From Williamwhitmania taraxaci (lineage in GTDB: Bacteria > Bacteroidota > Bacteroidia > Bacteroidales > Williamwhitmaniaceae), in the NCBI RefSeq assembly GCF_900096565.1, contig NZ_FMYP01000029.1, forward strand, positions 22,789-46,788: 24,000 bases of DNA, read 5' to 3'. Positions 16,387 through 24,000 of the stretch are shown in pieces; the stretch's first letter is position 1; each line of letters opens with the position of its first letter. The position numbers and the translations under genes were made by a program. Under the pieces are notes generated by a model. The model saw nothing but the letters and a program-made list of their open reading frames with translations, was not told where the DNA came from and did no database searches.

Positions 16387-16515
16387 CGATTACTTCAAAC
16401 CGATAACTATATAAAGTCGTTGTGTGATTGTCATTTGATTGTGATGCAATAAACCAAAAAAATCCGAAACTCCTACTCTCGCTTACTCATTTTAATAAGA
16501 TTTAACACTCCGCCC

Positions 16516-18414
16516 TTAGTAGGCTCTCTCCTTCCTACCCTCAATAAAGTTGATAAAGGAGGTGTTTACCACCCTATTACCACCAGGTGTTGGGTAGTTT
16601 CCGGTAAAATACCAGTCGCCAAGATCGTTGGGGCAGGCGGCATGAAGTCCCTCAATGGTTTGGAATACCAGCTGCAGGTCGGCCTTCATATCGGCCGGAC
16701 GGAGCATCTGGCCAATTTTATGCGCAATTTCGGTAGGACTAAAGGGGCTGTAAATTCCCTTCACATAGTTCATCACCTCCTCCTTGGGTAGGTTTTGCTG
16801 CTCCTTACACTTTTGGTAAACCGAATCGATGATGCTTTGCCTTCCCGTCTCCTTGAGCAGCTCAATGGCAGCACGGAAGGCGGCAAAATCGCCGAGGTTG
16901 CTCATATCTATCCCATAGCAATCGGGGTAACGAATTTGAGGGCAGCTGCTCACCACCACAATCTTCTTGGGTTGTAGCCTATCGAGAATGCGGAGGATGG
17001 ATCGTTTAAGCGTGGTTCCGCGCACTATGGAGTCGTCAATCACCACGAGGTTGTCTGTTCCCGCACGAACGGCCCCATAGGTAACATCGTAGACGTGGCC
17101 CACCAGATCGTCGCGGCCGCTATCCTGCGAAATAAAGGTGCGGAGCTTCACGTCCTTAACGGCAATTTTCTCCACCCTTGGTCTAGATGCGATAATGGTA
17201 TCGAGCATTTCGGGTGTAATGGTAACTCCCGCCTTTATAATTGCTTCCTTTTTCTGGTTCAGCATATGGGTCTCTACCCCCTTTACCATACCATAGAATG
17301 CCGTTTCGGCCGTATTTGGAATAAAGGAGAATACGGTATCGTCCAGCTCGTTGTTCACGGCCTCAAGGATGGCAGGGGTAAGCAACTCACCCAATTTCTT
17401 CCGCTCCTTATATATATCGCTATCGGTTCCGCGCGAGAAGTATATTCGCTCAAAAGAGCAAGACTTACGCTCCTGCGGCACACGAATTTCGTTGTGGCTA
17501 ACACTCCCGTCGCGGCGAATGATTAGGGCACAACCCGGCTTTATCTCCTGCACCTTTTCGATGGGAACGTTAAGTACCGTCTGGATTACCGGACGCTCAC
17601 TGGCCACCACCACAATCTCATCGTCTTGGTAGAAGAACGCCGGACGAATGCCCCACGGATCGCGGGCCACAAAAGCATCGCCATGACCGAATAGCCCGGC
17701 AAGGGCATATCCCCCGTCGAAATCTTTAGTTGCGCGCTGAAGCACCTTTTCAATGCTAAGGTTGTTTTGAATGAACTCCGAGATTTGGGCGTTGCTCATT
17801 CCCTCATTCTTATACTGGCGGAAGAGGAGTTGGTTTTCGTCGTCGATATAGTGGCCCAGCTTCTCGAGCACTGTTACGGTATCGGAAACGTCGAGTGGAT
17901 GCTGGCCCAGCTCAATAAGCTTGTTGAAGAGCTCCACCACGTTGGTCATGTTGAAGTTTCCGGCGAGCACCAAGGTGCGTGTTTTCCAGTTATTCTCACG
18001 CATTACCGGGTGCACATACTCTATGGAATGGTTACCAAAGGTTCCGTAGCGCAGATGTCCAAGGTAAAGATCGGCTGCAAACGGTATGTTGTGCAGGGCA
18101 AAGTTGGGGTCGGCTTGCTTTTCGGGTTCGAGTGAAAAGCGATTAATCCCCGCAGAGATATGATCGAACACCTCCTTTATGGGAGAGGCTGAGTTGGAGC
18201 GAATCCTATCGATATAGCGTTTCCCAGGAGGCAAGTTAAGCTTAATACCGGCTACACCGGCGCCATCTTGTCCTCGGTTGTGCTGCTTCTCCATAAGCAG
18301 GTAAAGCTTTTGGATTCCATACTGCCAAGTGCCGTATTTCTCCTGATAGTAGCTAAGTGGCTTCAGTAATCGGATGAGGGCTATGCCGCACTCATGCTTA
18401 ATTTGGTCGCTCAT
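16516..18414 (-). CDS. purF: Amidophosphoribosyltransferase (glutamine PRPP amidotransferase), long Bacteroidetes form
   Basis: Ntn-amidotransferase start (MSDQIKHECGIALI) with the catalytic Cys after a short propeptide. PRTase motif VVIDDSIVRGTTLK. 632 aa. Confidence 0.88.
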   Translation of the reverse strand: MSDQIKHECGIALIRLLKPLSYYQEKYGTWQYGIQKLYLLMEKQHNRGQDGAGVAGIKLNLPPGKRYIDRIRSNSASPIKEVFDHISAGINRFSLEPEKQADPNFALHNIPFAADLYLGHLRYGTFGNHSIEYVHPVMRENNWKTRTLVLAGNFNMTNVVELFNKLIELGQHPLDVSDTVTVLEKLGHYIDDENQLLFRQYKNEGMSNAQISEFIQNNLSIEKVLQRATKDFDGGYALAGLFGHGDAFVARDPWGIRPAFFYQDDEIVVVASERPVIQTVLNVPIEKVQEIKPGCALIIRRDGSVSHNEIRVPQERKSCSFERIYFSRGTDSDIYKERKKLGELLTPAILEAVNNELDDTVFSFIPNTAETAFYGMVKGVETHMLNQKKEAIIKAGVTITPEMLDTIIASRPRVEKIAVKDVKLRTFISQDSGRDDLVGHVYDVTYGAVRAGTDNLVVIDDSIVRGTTLKRSILRILDRLQPKKIVVVSSCPQIRYPDCYGIDMSNLGDFAAFRAAIELLKETGRQSIIDSVYQKCKEQQNLPKEEVMNYVKGIYSPFSPTEIAHKIGQMLRPADMKADLQLVFQTIEGLHAACPNDLGDWYFTGNYPTPGGNRVVNTSFINFIEGRKERAY

Positions 18415-18710
18415 ATGGTAGGTCAGTTCTTTTTAGTGGAAGTGAAAACGGATCGCACAAAATATCAGAAGCGCACTCCAGCCGGTAGGTGTTATGGGCC
18501 TTACCATAACAACAAACAGTTGTGCGCACGGTATGTTTATTGGTAAAAACGAATGCTCCACCAAAGGAGATGGACGATGGCTGCGTTGGGATGATGTAAC
18601 TATATAAACAAAGCGATCCGGCTTCTGCAAGGGTGGAGATGACTTCTCCTCGTATTTGATACGATGCCTGCTTAAGCCGGATGTTGTTTCGTGAAGTGCT
18701 CATTTGCCTT

Positions 18711-19181
18711 TCAGTCTGCTCTTGGATAACTTATGGTTTCCTGAATAATGAAGGCCCGCGGGAAGTCTTTGGCAATTTGTTTAAAAACCCTCATCGCCTC
18801 GTATCGGTTTCGGAAATTGCCCACCGACACCTTAAAGTAGGGATTGTCGTAGTATCGGTAACAAGGGATGTCGGGGAATTTGGCAATGAACTCTGCAATG
18901 ATATCCATCGATTTCTGCCGCGATTGCTGGCTATTGTCCCGATATATGCGCACCCTAAAACCAGGAGCACCTTTGGCCTTAGCGTTTTGAAATCCCACCT
19001 GGTTGCACAGCAACTCTATTTCTGGATCTTGTAGTATAGTAACTTTACCTCCATTCTCCTTTGGAGTTTGAAGTGACTGGAAGTAGGGAATGTATCCCTC
19101 CTTTTCTGAGGTGTCTCCCTGAGCTTGCGATGAAAAAGGAGCCAATGCCAAACAAATAATTAATGCTATTCGGTGCTTCAT
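18711..19181 (-). CDS. SPOR-domain (peptidoglycan-binding) secreted protein
   Basis: Signal peptide MKHRIALIICLALAPFSSQAQ. The C-terminal region FRVRIY...YFKVSVGNFRNRYEAMRVFKQIAKDFPRAFII matches the SPOR beta-alpha-beta-beta pattern. Confidence 0.7.
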   Translation of the reverse strand: MKHRIALIICLALAPFSSQAQGDTSEKEGYIPYFQSLQTPKENGGKVTILQDPEIELLCNQVGFQNAKAKGAPGFRVRIYRDNSQQSRQKSMDIIAEFIAKFPDIPCYRYYDNPYFKVSVGNFRNRYEAMRVFKQIAKDFPRAFIIQETISYPRAD

Positions 19182-19274
19182 TACTCTTGGTAAGTAAGAT
19201 TTAAGTAGTTAGCAAAAGCCATCCGCTCAACTATGCGGCAAAGTTATTCATTTTATGATATAAGCCCAACTATT

Positions 19275-19754
19275 TTAGTTGGTTCCCTTAATCTGAGTAG
19301 CTATCTCGCCGAGGGTTTGATCCTTAAACTCAAAATTCTTACCGAAGAGCCCAACTTTCACCCGGATTTTACCGGTAATGCGAATCTTCGCGGCTAACTT
19401 TTCGGGGTTTCCGGACAGTAATACGGATCCACCCATAAGCATATTCTTCAGCTCCAACACAATGGTGGCAGGAACATCGCCAGTATACATTTTTGGAATG
19501 ATCACCTTATCTTTAAGGGTAAGCTTACCCAGCTGCTGCTTCCCAAGCACGGCATCGAGGTCTATCTTCTTAATTTTAATCTTCCTGTTGTTGGGGTTTT
19601 CCACCTTAGCCACAAGATCAATATTTACTTTGTTTCCTTCCAGTGAGTTCACTTGCACATTATCCACCTTCGAAACAACGATTCCCTTTAGGCTTCCGCA
19701 CGACGAAAAAGTTGCAACCAGAAGAGCCAAAACAATTAATCTTACTATTTTCAT
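19275..19754 (-). CDS. LEA_2/LEA14-like (NDR1/HIN1-like) lipoprotein
   Basis: Lipoprotein signal with a lipobox (LLVATFSSC). The beta-rich body has the pattern VNIDLVAKVENPNNRKIKIKKIDLDA typical of LEA type-2 domains. Assignment is by pattern only. Confidence 0.5.
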   Translation of the reverse strand: MKIVRLIVLALLVATFSSCGSLKGIVVSKVDNVQVNSLEGNKVNIDLVAKVENPNNRKIKIKKIDLDAVLGKQQLGKLTLKDKVIIPKMYTGDVPATIVLELKNMLMGGSVLLSGNPEKLAAKIRITGKIRVKVGLFGKNFEFKDQTLGEIATQIKGTN

Positions 19755-19817
19755 AAAGACACATTAATTAAAAACGAAAATCTACTGAACAACGAAGATA
19801 AGCTAGAACTATTGCGG

Positions 19818-20570
19818 CTACTCGCCTGCTTCTATTTCCGCCATAATTTCATCAGTCATTTCCATGTTATGGTAAACGGCAACAACATCATCGATCTCCT
19901 CAAAATCGTCAATCATTCGAAGAACCTTCATAGCAGTTCGAGCATCTACTGGCTTTAAATCGTTGGGAATACGGCGCAACTCGGCGTTCTCCACCTCTAT
20001 CTCCATAGCCTCAAGAGCCTTTTGCATACGGCCAAAGTCTTCCATTGCCACGGTAATCTCAATAGTATCATCGTTTACCTCAATCTCCTCGGCACCGCCC
20101 TCAATTGCACCCATCTCAAAATCGTCCATGCTCTTAACGTTGGCAGCCGGAATGGTGAATACGCCCTTACGGTCGAAAAGGAAACTCAGCGATCCGTTAG
20201 TGCCTAAGCTACCTCCCTTTTTTGTAAAGATGGAACGAACAAAAGAAACAGTGCGGTTATTGTTGTCGGTGAGCGTTTCGACAAATATGGCAACTCCGCT
20301 AAATCCATACCCCTCAAAAGTAAGCTCTTGTATACCGGTTTTTTCTTGGTCGGCCTTAGTAATGGCGCGCTGAATATTCTCTTTGGGCATGTTTGCCCCT
20401 TTAGCGTTATTGATGCAAAGCCGTAGCTTAGTATTGGTCTCTGGGTCGGGCCCACCATCCTTCACGGCAACCATCATCTCCTTAATAATACGGGAAAACA
20501 TTTGCGAACGCTTGGCATCTGCCGAACCCTTTTTCCTTTTAATAGTAGACCACTTACTATGACCAGACAT
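19818..20570 (-). CDS. yebC: YebC/PmpR-family probable transcriptional/translational regulator
   Basis: Canonical N-terminus MSGHSKWSTIKRKKGSADAKRSQMFSRIIKE. 250 aa. Confidence 0.9.
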   Translation of the reverse strand: MSGHSKWSTIKRKKGSADAKRSQMFSRIIKEMMVAVKDGGPDPETNTKLRLCINNAKGANMPKENIQRAITKADQEKTGIQELTFEGYGFSGVAIFVETLTDNNNRTVSFVRSIFTKKGGSLGTNGSLSFLFDRKGVFTIPAANVKSMDDFEMGAIEGGAEEIEVNDDTIEITVAMEDFGRMQKALEAMEIEVENAELRRIPNDLKPVDARTAMKVLRMIDDFEEIDDVVAVYHNMEMTDEIMAEIEAGE

Positions 20571-20617
20571 AACTCCTAAAGATTAGATTTTGAGGGGATA
20601 TAAATAAAATTTGAGCC

Positions 20618-20625
20618 CAAAAATA
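20618..20625 (-). promoter_or_regulatory. -7 promoter box TATTTTTG (minus strand) upstream of yebC
   Basis: Plus-strand CAAAAATA at 20618-20625 is an exact TAnnTTTG on the minus strand, 48 nt upstream of the yebC ATG. Confidence 0.35.
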
Positions 20626-20862
20626 GCAATTTAACCGCTCACTTCCTTTTATAAAATGCTTTTTTATCGGAAGCAACCCAACTAACCCCTATCTACGTTA
20701 CTGATATATGGAAAGATAAACTGAATATTTAAGCCCCACAATGTTCGTTGAATTACGCACAAAAGCCAAGACGAAGCTCCCCGTGTAGATTTAGGAATAT
20801 TAGGTTAGTTTCAAATTTATTGGAATCGATCATTGAGAACAATAAAAGTTGTAATTTGCTAT

Positions 20863-20870
20863 TAACTTTG
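20863..20870 (+). promoter_or_regulatory. -7 promoter box TAACTTTG upstream of miaB
   Basis: Exact TAnnTTTG, 16 nt upstream of the ATG at 20886. It lies inside the implausible N-terminal extension of the track ORF. Confidence 0.45.
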
Positions 20871-20885
20871 CAAAAAAAAGAAGAA

Positions 20886-22280
20886 ATGAGTAGCCTCTTC
20901 CATAAAGACAAACCTCGGTATTTTCGCAGCGTTAAGCCAGTTTACAACGAGAGTTTACCCAAAGTGTATATTGAAACCTACGGCTGCCAAATGAATTCGA
21001 GCGACTCCGAAGTTGTGGCATCCATCATGCAGGCTAATGGCTACTCCATTACCGAGAACCTCAACGAAGCCGATATAATCCTTATAAATACTTGCTCCAT
21101 TCGCGACAACGCCGAAGTACGGATATGGGGTAGACTTGAGAACTTGCACATCGAGAAGAAGAAACGACCCAGCTTACTGGTAGGGGTAATTGGTTGTATG
21201 GCCGAACGATTGAAGGAAAAACTCATCGAGCGTGATAATTTTGTGGATTTGGTAGTTGGCCCCGATGCTTACCGAGAACTTCCGCAGCTTGTAAGGGCAG
21301 CAGAGGGCGGTCAGAAGGGCATCAACGTGCTTCTTTCGCGCGAGGAGACTTATGCGGAAATCAGCCCCATCAGACTCGACAAGAATGGCGTTTCCGCCTT
21401 TGTCTCCATCATGCGTGGATGCAACAACATGTGCTCCTACTGCGTGGTACCTTACACCCGAGGTGCCGAGCGAAGCCGAGATCCACATACCATTGTGCGC
21501 GAGGTTGAAGAACTTTTTGCAAATGGTTACCGGGAAGTAACGCTATTAGGGCAAAATGTGAACTCCTACGGATGGGAAAATAAAGAAGAGAGCGTCAACT
21601 TTGCCGAATTGCTCGAGATGGTAGCCCGCGTAAACCCATCGCTTCGCGTGCGCTACTCCACCTCCAATCCCAAGGATATTTCGGACGAGGTGCTCTATAC
21701 CATGGCCATGTACGAGAACATCTGCAACAGCATCCACCTACCCGTTCAGTCGGGAAGCACCCGTATGCTGGAGTTAATGAATAGAGGGTATTCCCGCGAG
21801 TATTACATGTCGCGTATCGAATCCATAAGGAACATTCTCCCCGACTGCTCCATCACCACCGATATTATTGCCGGATTTTGTAGCGAAACGGAAGAAGATC
21901 ACCAACAAACACTCTCGCTTATGGAGTGGTTGAAGTGCGATTATGCTTTCATGTATAAATATTCCGAGCGCCCAAATACAAAGGCTGCCAGACACTACAA
22001 GGACGACGTTCCCGAAACGGTAAAATCGCAGCGGTTGGCTGAAATTATTTCCCTGCAGGGCAAAATCTCCCTAGCGAGCAAGAAGAAGGATATTGGAAAA
22101 TCGTTCGAAGTGCTGGTTGAGGGTGTTTCGAAACGTTCAACCGAATTTCTTTATGGACGAACCTCTCAAAATAATGTGGTTGTATTCCCCAAGGAAAACC
22201 TCAAAATTGGTGACTATGTATATGTGGAGATCACTGGCTGCACGTCGTCAACGCTTATAGCAAACGTGGTAGCAGAGTAG
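20886..22280 (+). CDS. miaB: tRNA-2-methylthio-N6-dimethylallyladenosine synthase (radical SAM methylthiotransferase)
   Basis: UPF0004 N-domain [15 protein letters not shown], radical-SAM cluster [15 protein letters not shown], and a C-terminal TRAM-like domain. Start chosen at the ATG at 20886 (MSSLFHK), giving 464 aa. Confidence 0.88.
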   Translation: MSSLFHKDKPRYFRSVKPVYNESLPKVYIETYGCQMNSSDSEVVASIMQANGYSITENLNEADIILINTCSIRDNAEVRIWGRLENLHIEKKKRPSLLVGVIGCMAERLKEKLIERDNFVDLVVGPDAYRELPQLVRAAEGGQKGINVLLSREETYAEISPIRLDKNGVSAFVSIMRGCNNMCSYCVVPYTRGAERSRDPHTIVREVEELFANGYREVTLLGQNVNSYGWENKEESVNFAELLEMVARVNPSLRVRYSTSNPKDISDEVLYTMAMYENICNSIHLPVQSGSTRMLELMNRGYSREYYMSRIESIRNILPDCSITTDIIAGFCSETEEDHQQTLSLMEWLKCDYAFMYKYSERPNTKAARHYKDDVPETVKSQRLAEIISLQGKISLASKKKDIGKSFEVLVEGVSKRSTEFLYGRTSQNNVVVFPKENLKIGDYVYVEITGCTSSTLIANVVAE

Positions 22281-22319
22281 TATATTAGTTCCCGCAAACA
22301 TCGTATAATTCATAAAGAA

Positions 22320-22346
22320 CCCCGGCAGATCACTGTCGGGGTTTTT
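22320..22346. terminator. Terminator between convergent miaB and the rsmB-like gene
   Basis: CCCCGGCAG (22320-22328), loop ATCA, CTGTCGGGG (22333-22341; one G-U pair), then T5 (22342-22346). A-rich on the left side. Confidence 0.7.
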
Positions 22347-22398
22347 ATTAACCAATCGGAAGAACATTAGCCAACCGTTCTGTTTACTTTTAGACTTA

Positions 22399-23622
22399 TT
22401 AGGCATTCCTACCTATGAGTGCCATATAAAATCCATCGCCTTCGGTTTCGGAAGGGAAGAGTTGAATCTCCTTAACTAAATAGAAGTTAGAATTCTGGGC
22501 AAGGAAAGCCTCTACCTGTAATCGGTTTTCCGAGGGTAAGATACTACAAGTGGAGTAAACCATTTGACCACCGGGCTTAACCATAACCGAGTAAGATGCT
22601 ATGATCTCCCGCTGCTGGGTGTGTAAGTTTTCAAGGGTAGTATCCTTCATTAGCCACCGAGCCTCTGGATTACGTCGCCAAACGCCCGTTCCGGTGCAGG
22701 GAACATCCAGCAGCAACCGATCCACCAAATCGTGGAAGGGTAAGAATGCATTTGGGATGGCGGCATCTACCGACTCCACATTCAACACACCTGCACGTTG
22801 TGCTCTGCGACGCATGGTTGATAGTTTATAAACTAGGTTGTCGGCAGCTACCAAGCGACCCTTGTTTTCCATCAAGGCTGCAAGATGAAGCGTTTTTCCA
22901 CCGTTGCCGGCACAAGCATCCATCACCAACATCCCCGGTTTGGGGTCCAGTAGTTCGGCAACGCGTTGAGAGGAAATATCCTGAAACTCAAAGAGCCCTT
23001 CATGAAATTCATGGGTAAGAAACAGATTTCCCTTTCTATCCATCACCAACCCATTTGCCACATCCGTTGCCTTGGTGCAGTTGATGCCCTGGTCGGCAAA
23101 CTTTTGCTGTAAGTCGTCGACCGTCGTTTTTAATGTATTAGCACGTAGTGCTTGTAAGGGAGAACTGTTTAGGGCATCTAACTCCTTTTCCCATCTATCG
23201 CCCAACTCGGCCTTACCCAGGACGAAAAGCCAATCGGGAACGGAGAAGCGGATAGCAGGATTCGATTCGGCATTTGAGGCTACCCGAGTAAGGTATGCCT
23301 TAAAGTTGAAACGAGGCAACTCAAGCCGCTTGGGCACTTGAATATCCCTCCAGAGAATATATGCGGATGCCAACAAATAGGAACGCTCAATGGGTTTATA
23401 CCCACTAAAGTTCATTCCCGACTCCAATAGCCGTTTGTTGCGTAAAAGATCGTAGAACATTTCGGAGACGCAACCCCTATCGCGATTATTCAACCCTTTC
23501 TTCTCCAGAAATAAGCGTTGCAATATCTTATCGGCATAGCCGGGCTCTACCTCAAACCGCCGCACCGCCTCGGTTAGAAGGAATAGCGTTAACTCATCCG
23601 CATGCTTTACTGTAATGGCCAT
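22399..23622 (-). CDS. RsmB/NOP2/Sun-family RNA (cytosine-C5)-methyltransferase
   Basis: SAM-binding motif MDACAGNGGKT, catalytic motifs LLDVPCTGTGVWRRNPE and VYSTCSILPSEN. Start moved to the ATG at 23622 (MAITVKH); the upstream 38 codons of the track ORF are AT-rich junk-like sequence. Confidence 0.8.
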   Translation of the reverse strand: MAITVKHADELTLFLLTEAVRRFEVEPGYADKILQRLFLEKKGLNNRDRGCVSEMFYDLLRNKRLLESGMNFSGYKPIERSYLLASAYILWRDIQVPKRLELPRFNFKAYLTRVASNAESNPAIRFSVPDWLFVLGKAELGDRWEKELDALNSSPLQALRANTLKTTVDDLQQKFADQGINCTKATDVANGLVMDRKGNLFLTHEFHEGLFEFQDISSQRVAELLDPKPGMLVMDACAGNGGKTLHLAALMENKGRLVAADNLVYKLSTMRRRAQRAGVLNVESVDAAIPNAFLPFHDLVDRLLLDVPCTGTGVWRRNPEARWLMKDTTLENLHTQQREIIASYSVMVKPGGQMVYSTCSILPSENRLQVEAFLAQNSNFYLVKEIQLFPSETEGDGFYMALIGRNA

Positions 23623-23790
23623 TGTAGTTTTATTAAAGCGCAAAAGTAAAAATAAAATATGCTTATACCATAATACCTTATATCCGCAACATAAAAGCAT
23701 AAAATAATCGGGAACCCCTGTAATAATAATCATCACAAGGCTTTCCCGATTAAAATATTTTCACCTACTTAGGTGAAAACATCGTAGCGG

Positions 23791-24000
23791 ATGAAAATTA
23801 CATATTCTAGCGACACCATCAACTCTTTTGGCGGAATAAATTTTGCAGACAAAATTATCCGGGAGGCCTCTATTTACGACACCATAGACCAAACGCTTGG
23901 CATTCGGGGAGTTAAGGCACAGTATTCCTACAGTGATTTGTTTCGATCCTACCTCATGCTGGTTTTATGCGGCGGCGAATGCGCCGAGGATATTACCGAA
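23791..24000 (+). mobile_element. 5' part of a DDE transposase gene (IS1380/IS4-like insertion sequence), truncated by the window edge
   Basis: Not in the ORF track because it has no stop. The ATG at 23791 opens a frame to 24000: MKITYSSDTINSFGGINFADKIIREASIYDTIDQTLGIRGVKAQYSYSDLFRSYLMLVLCGGECAEDITE. The FGG...LG.RG..A.YSYSD...L.GGECAEDI pattern matches my recollection of IS1380-family transposase N-termini. Hairpins at 23705-23752 and 23758-23779 lie just upstream. Confidence 0.55.

Noticed and set aside
12955-16400. Diversity-generating retroelement
   Set aside because: By eye I see no ~100-bp template/variable near-repeat pair differing at adenines. There is no Avd-like small basic protein. 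The neighbouring protein is on the opposite strand and shows no C-type-lectin or Ig-like variable C-terminus. A dot-plot of the island against itself would settle this.
18398-18703. 101-aa and 65-aa minus-strand ORFs upstream of purF
   Set aside because: They overlap the purF start and the SPOR-purF intergenic hairpins. Their composition is odd and Cys/Arg-rich, and there is no motif. They are likely non-coding promoter, leader and terminator sequence.
2270-21995. Numerous 60-172-aa ORFs antisense to or out of frame with the housekeeping genes. Examples are 2270-2608, 4723-5241, 6306-6647, 10563-10970, 17095-17526, 19378-19767, 19963-20373 and 21174-21488.
   Set aside because: Each lies entirely inside a longer ORF that has strong family motifs. 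Their translations are low-complexity or Ser/Arg/Leu-rich shadow frames. There is no independent support.
9567-23736. Longest-ORF start sites from the track for mraZ (10082), rsmH (9566), the acyltransferase (10221), the GNAT gene (11145), the partner protein (14265), miaB (20748) and the rsmB-like gene (23736)
   Set aside because: Several use TTG or GTG starts or run through promoter boxes and operator repeats, adding non-homologous N-terminal junk. Internal ATGs that restore canonical family N-termini were preferred, namely 10031, 9557, 10242, 11163, 14214, 20886 and 23622.
1-24000. CRISPR arrays, tRNA/rRNA genes and prophage genes
   Set aside because: I saw no regularly spaced direct repeats, no cloverleaf-compatible segments in the intergenic regions inspected, and no phage structural or integrase ORFs. 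A tRNAscan/Infernal run would be needed for a definitive negative.

Overview
The window looks like a Bacteroidota-type chromosome segment. I infer this from gene content and order, TAnnTTTG-type -7 promoter boxes, an FtsL-like gene and a Bacteroidetes-style HU-like gene; no database search was possible. Positions 1-10.1 kb carry the minus-strand dcw cell-wall/division operon: mraZ, rsmH, ftsL-like, ftsI, murE, mraY, murD, ftsW and murG (cut by the window edge). Three phased GTGGG-type MraZ boxes lie upstream of mraZ. Positions 10.2-12.1 kb hold a PlsC-like O-acyltransferase and a GNAT/OlsB-like N-acyltransferase, a likely lipoamino-acid (glycine-lipid type) pair. An HU-like gene follows at 12.4-12.8 kb. 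The notable region is about 12.95-16.35 kb. It is a sharply lower-GC island wedged between the HU-like gene and purF, and it contains only two long genes, divergently oriented. One is a 594-aa reverse transcriptase with all catalytic motifs intact (YSDD). The other is a 419-436-aa protein with no family signature I recognise; it has an internal tandem duplication of a ~95-aa module and a separate C-terminal domain. A consensus-like Bacteroidetes promoter lies 190-335 nt upstream of the possible RT start codons. This implies a long leader or ncRNA that contains a perfect 18-nt palindrome. I read the island as a candidate RT-based anti-phage defence module (Abi/UG-like RT, ncRNA and novel partner) that may be undescribed. 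The rest of the window is housekeeping: purF, a SPOR-domain protein, an LEA_2-like lipoprotein, yebC, miaB and an RsmB/NOP2-like methyltransferase. The window ends inside the 5' part of an IS1380/IS4-like transposase gene. All functional calls rest on motifs read by eye in the supplied translations.
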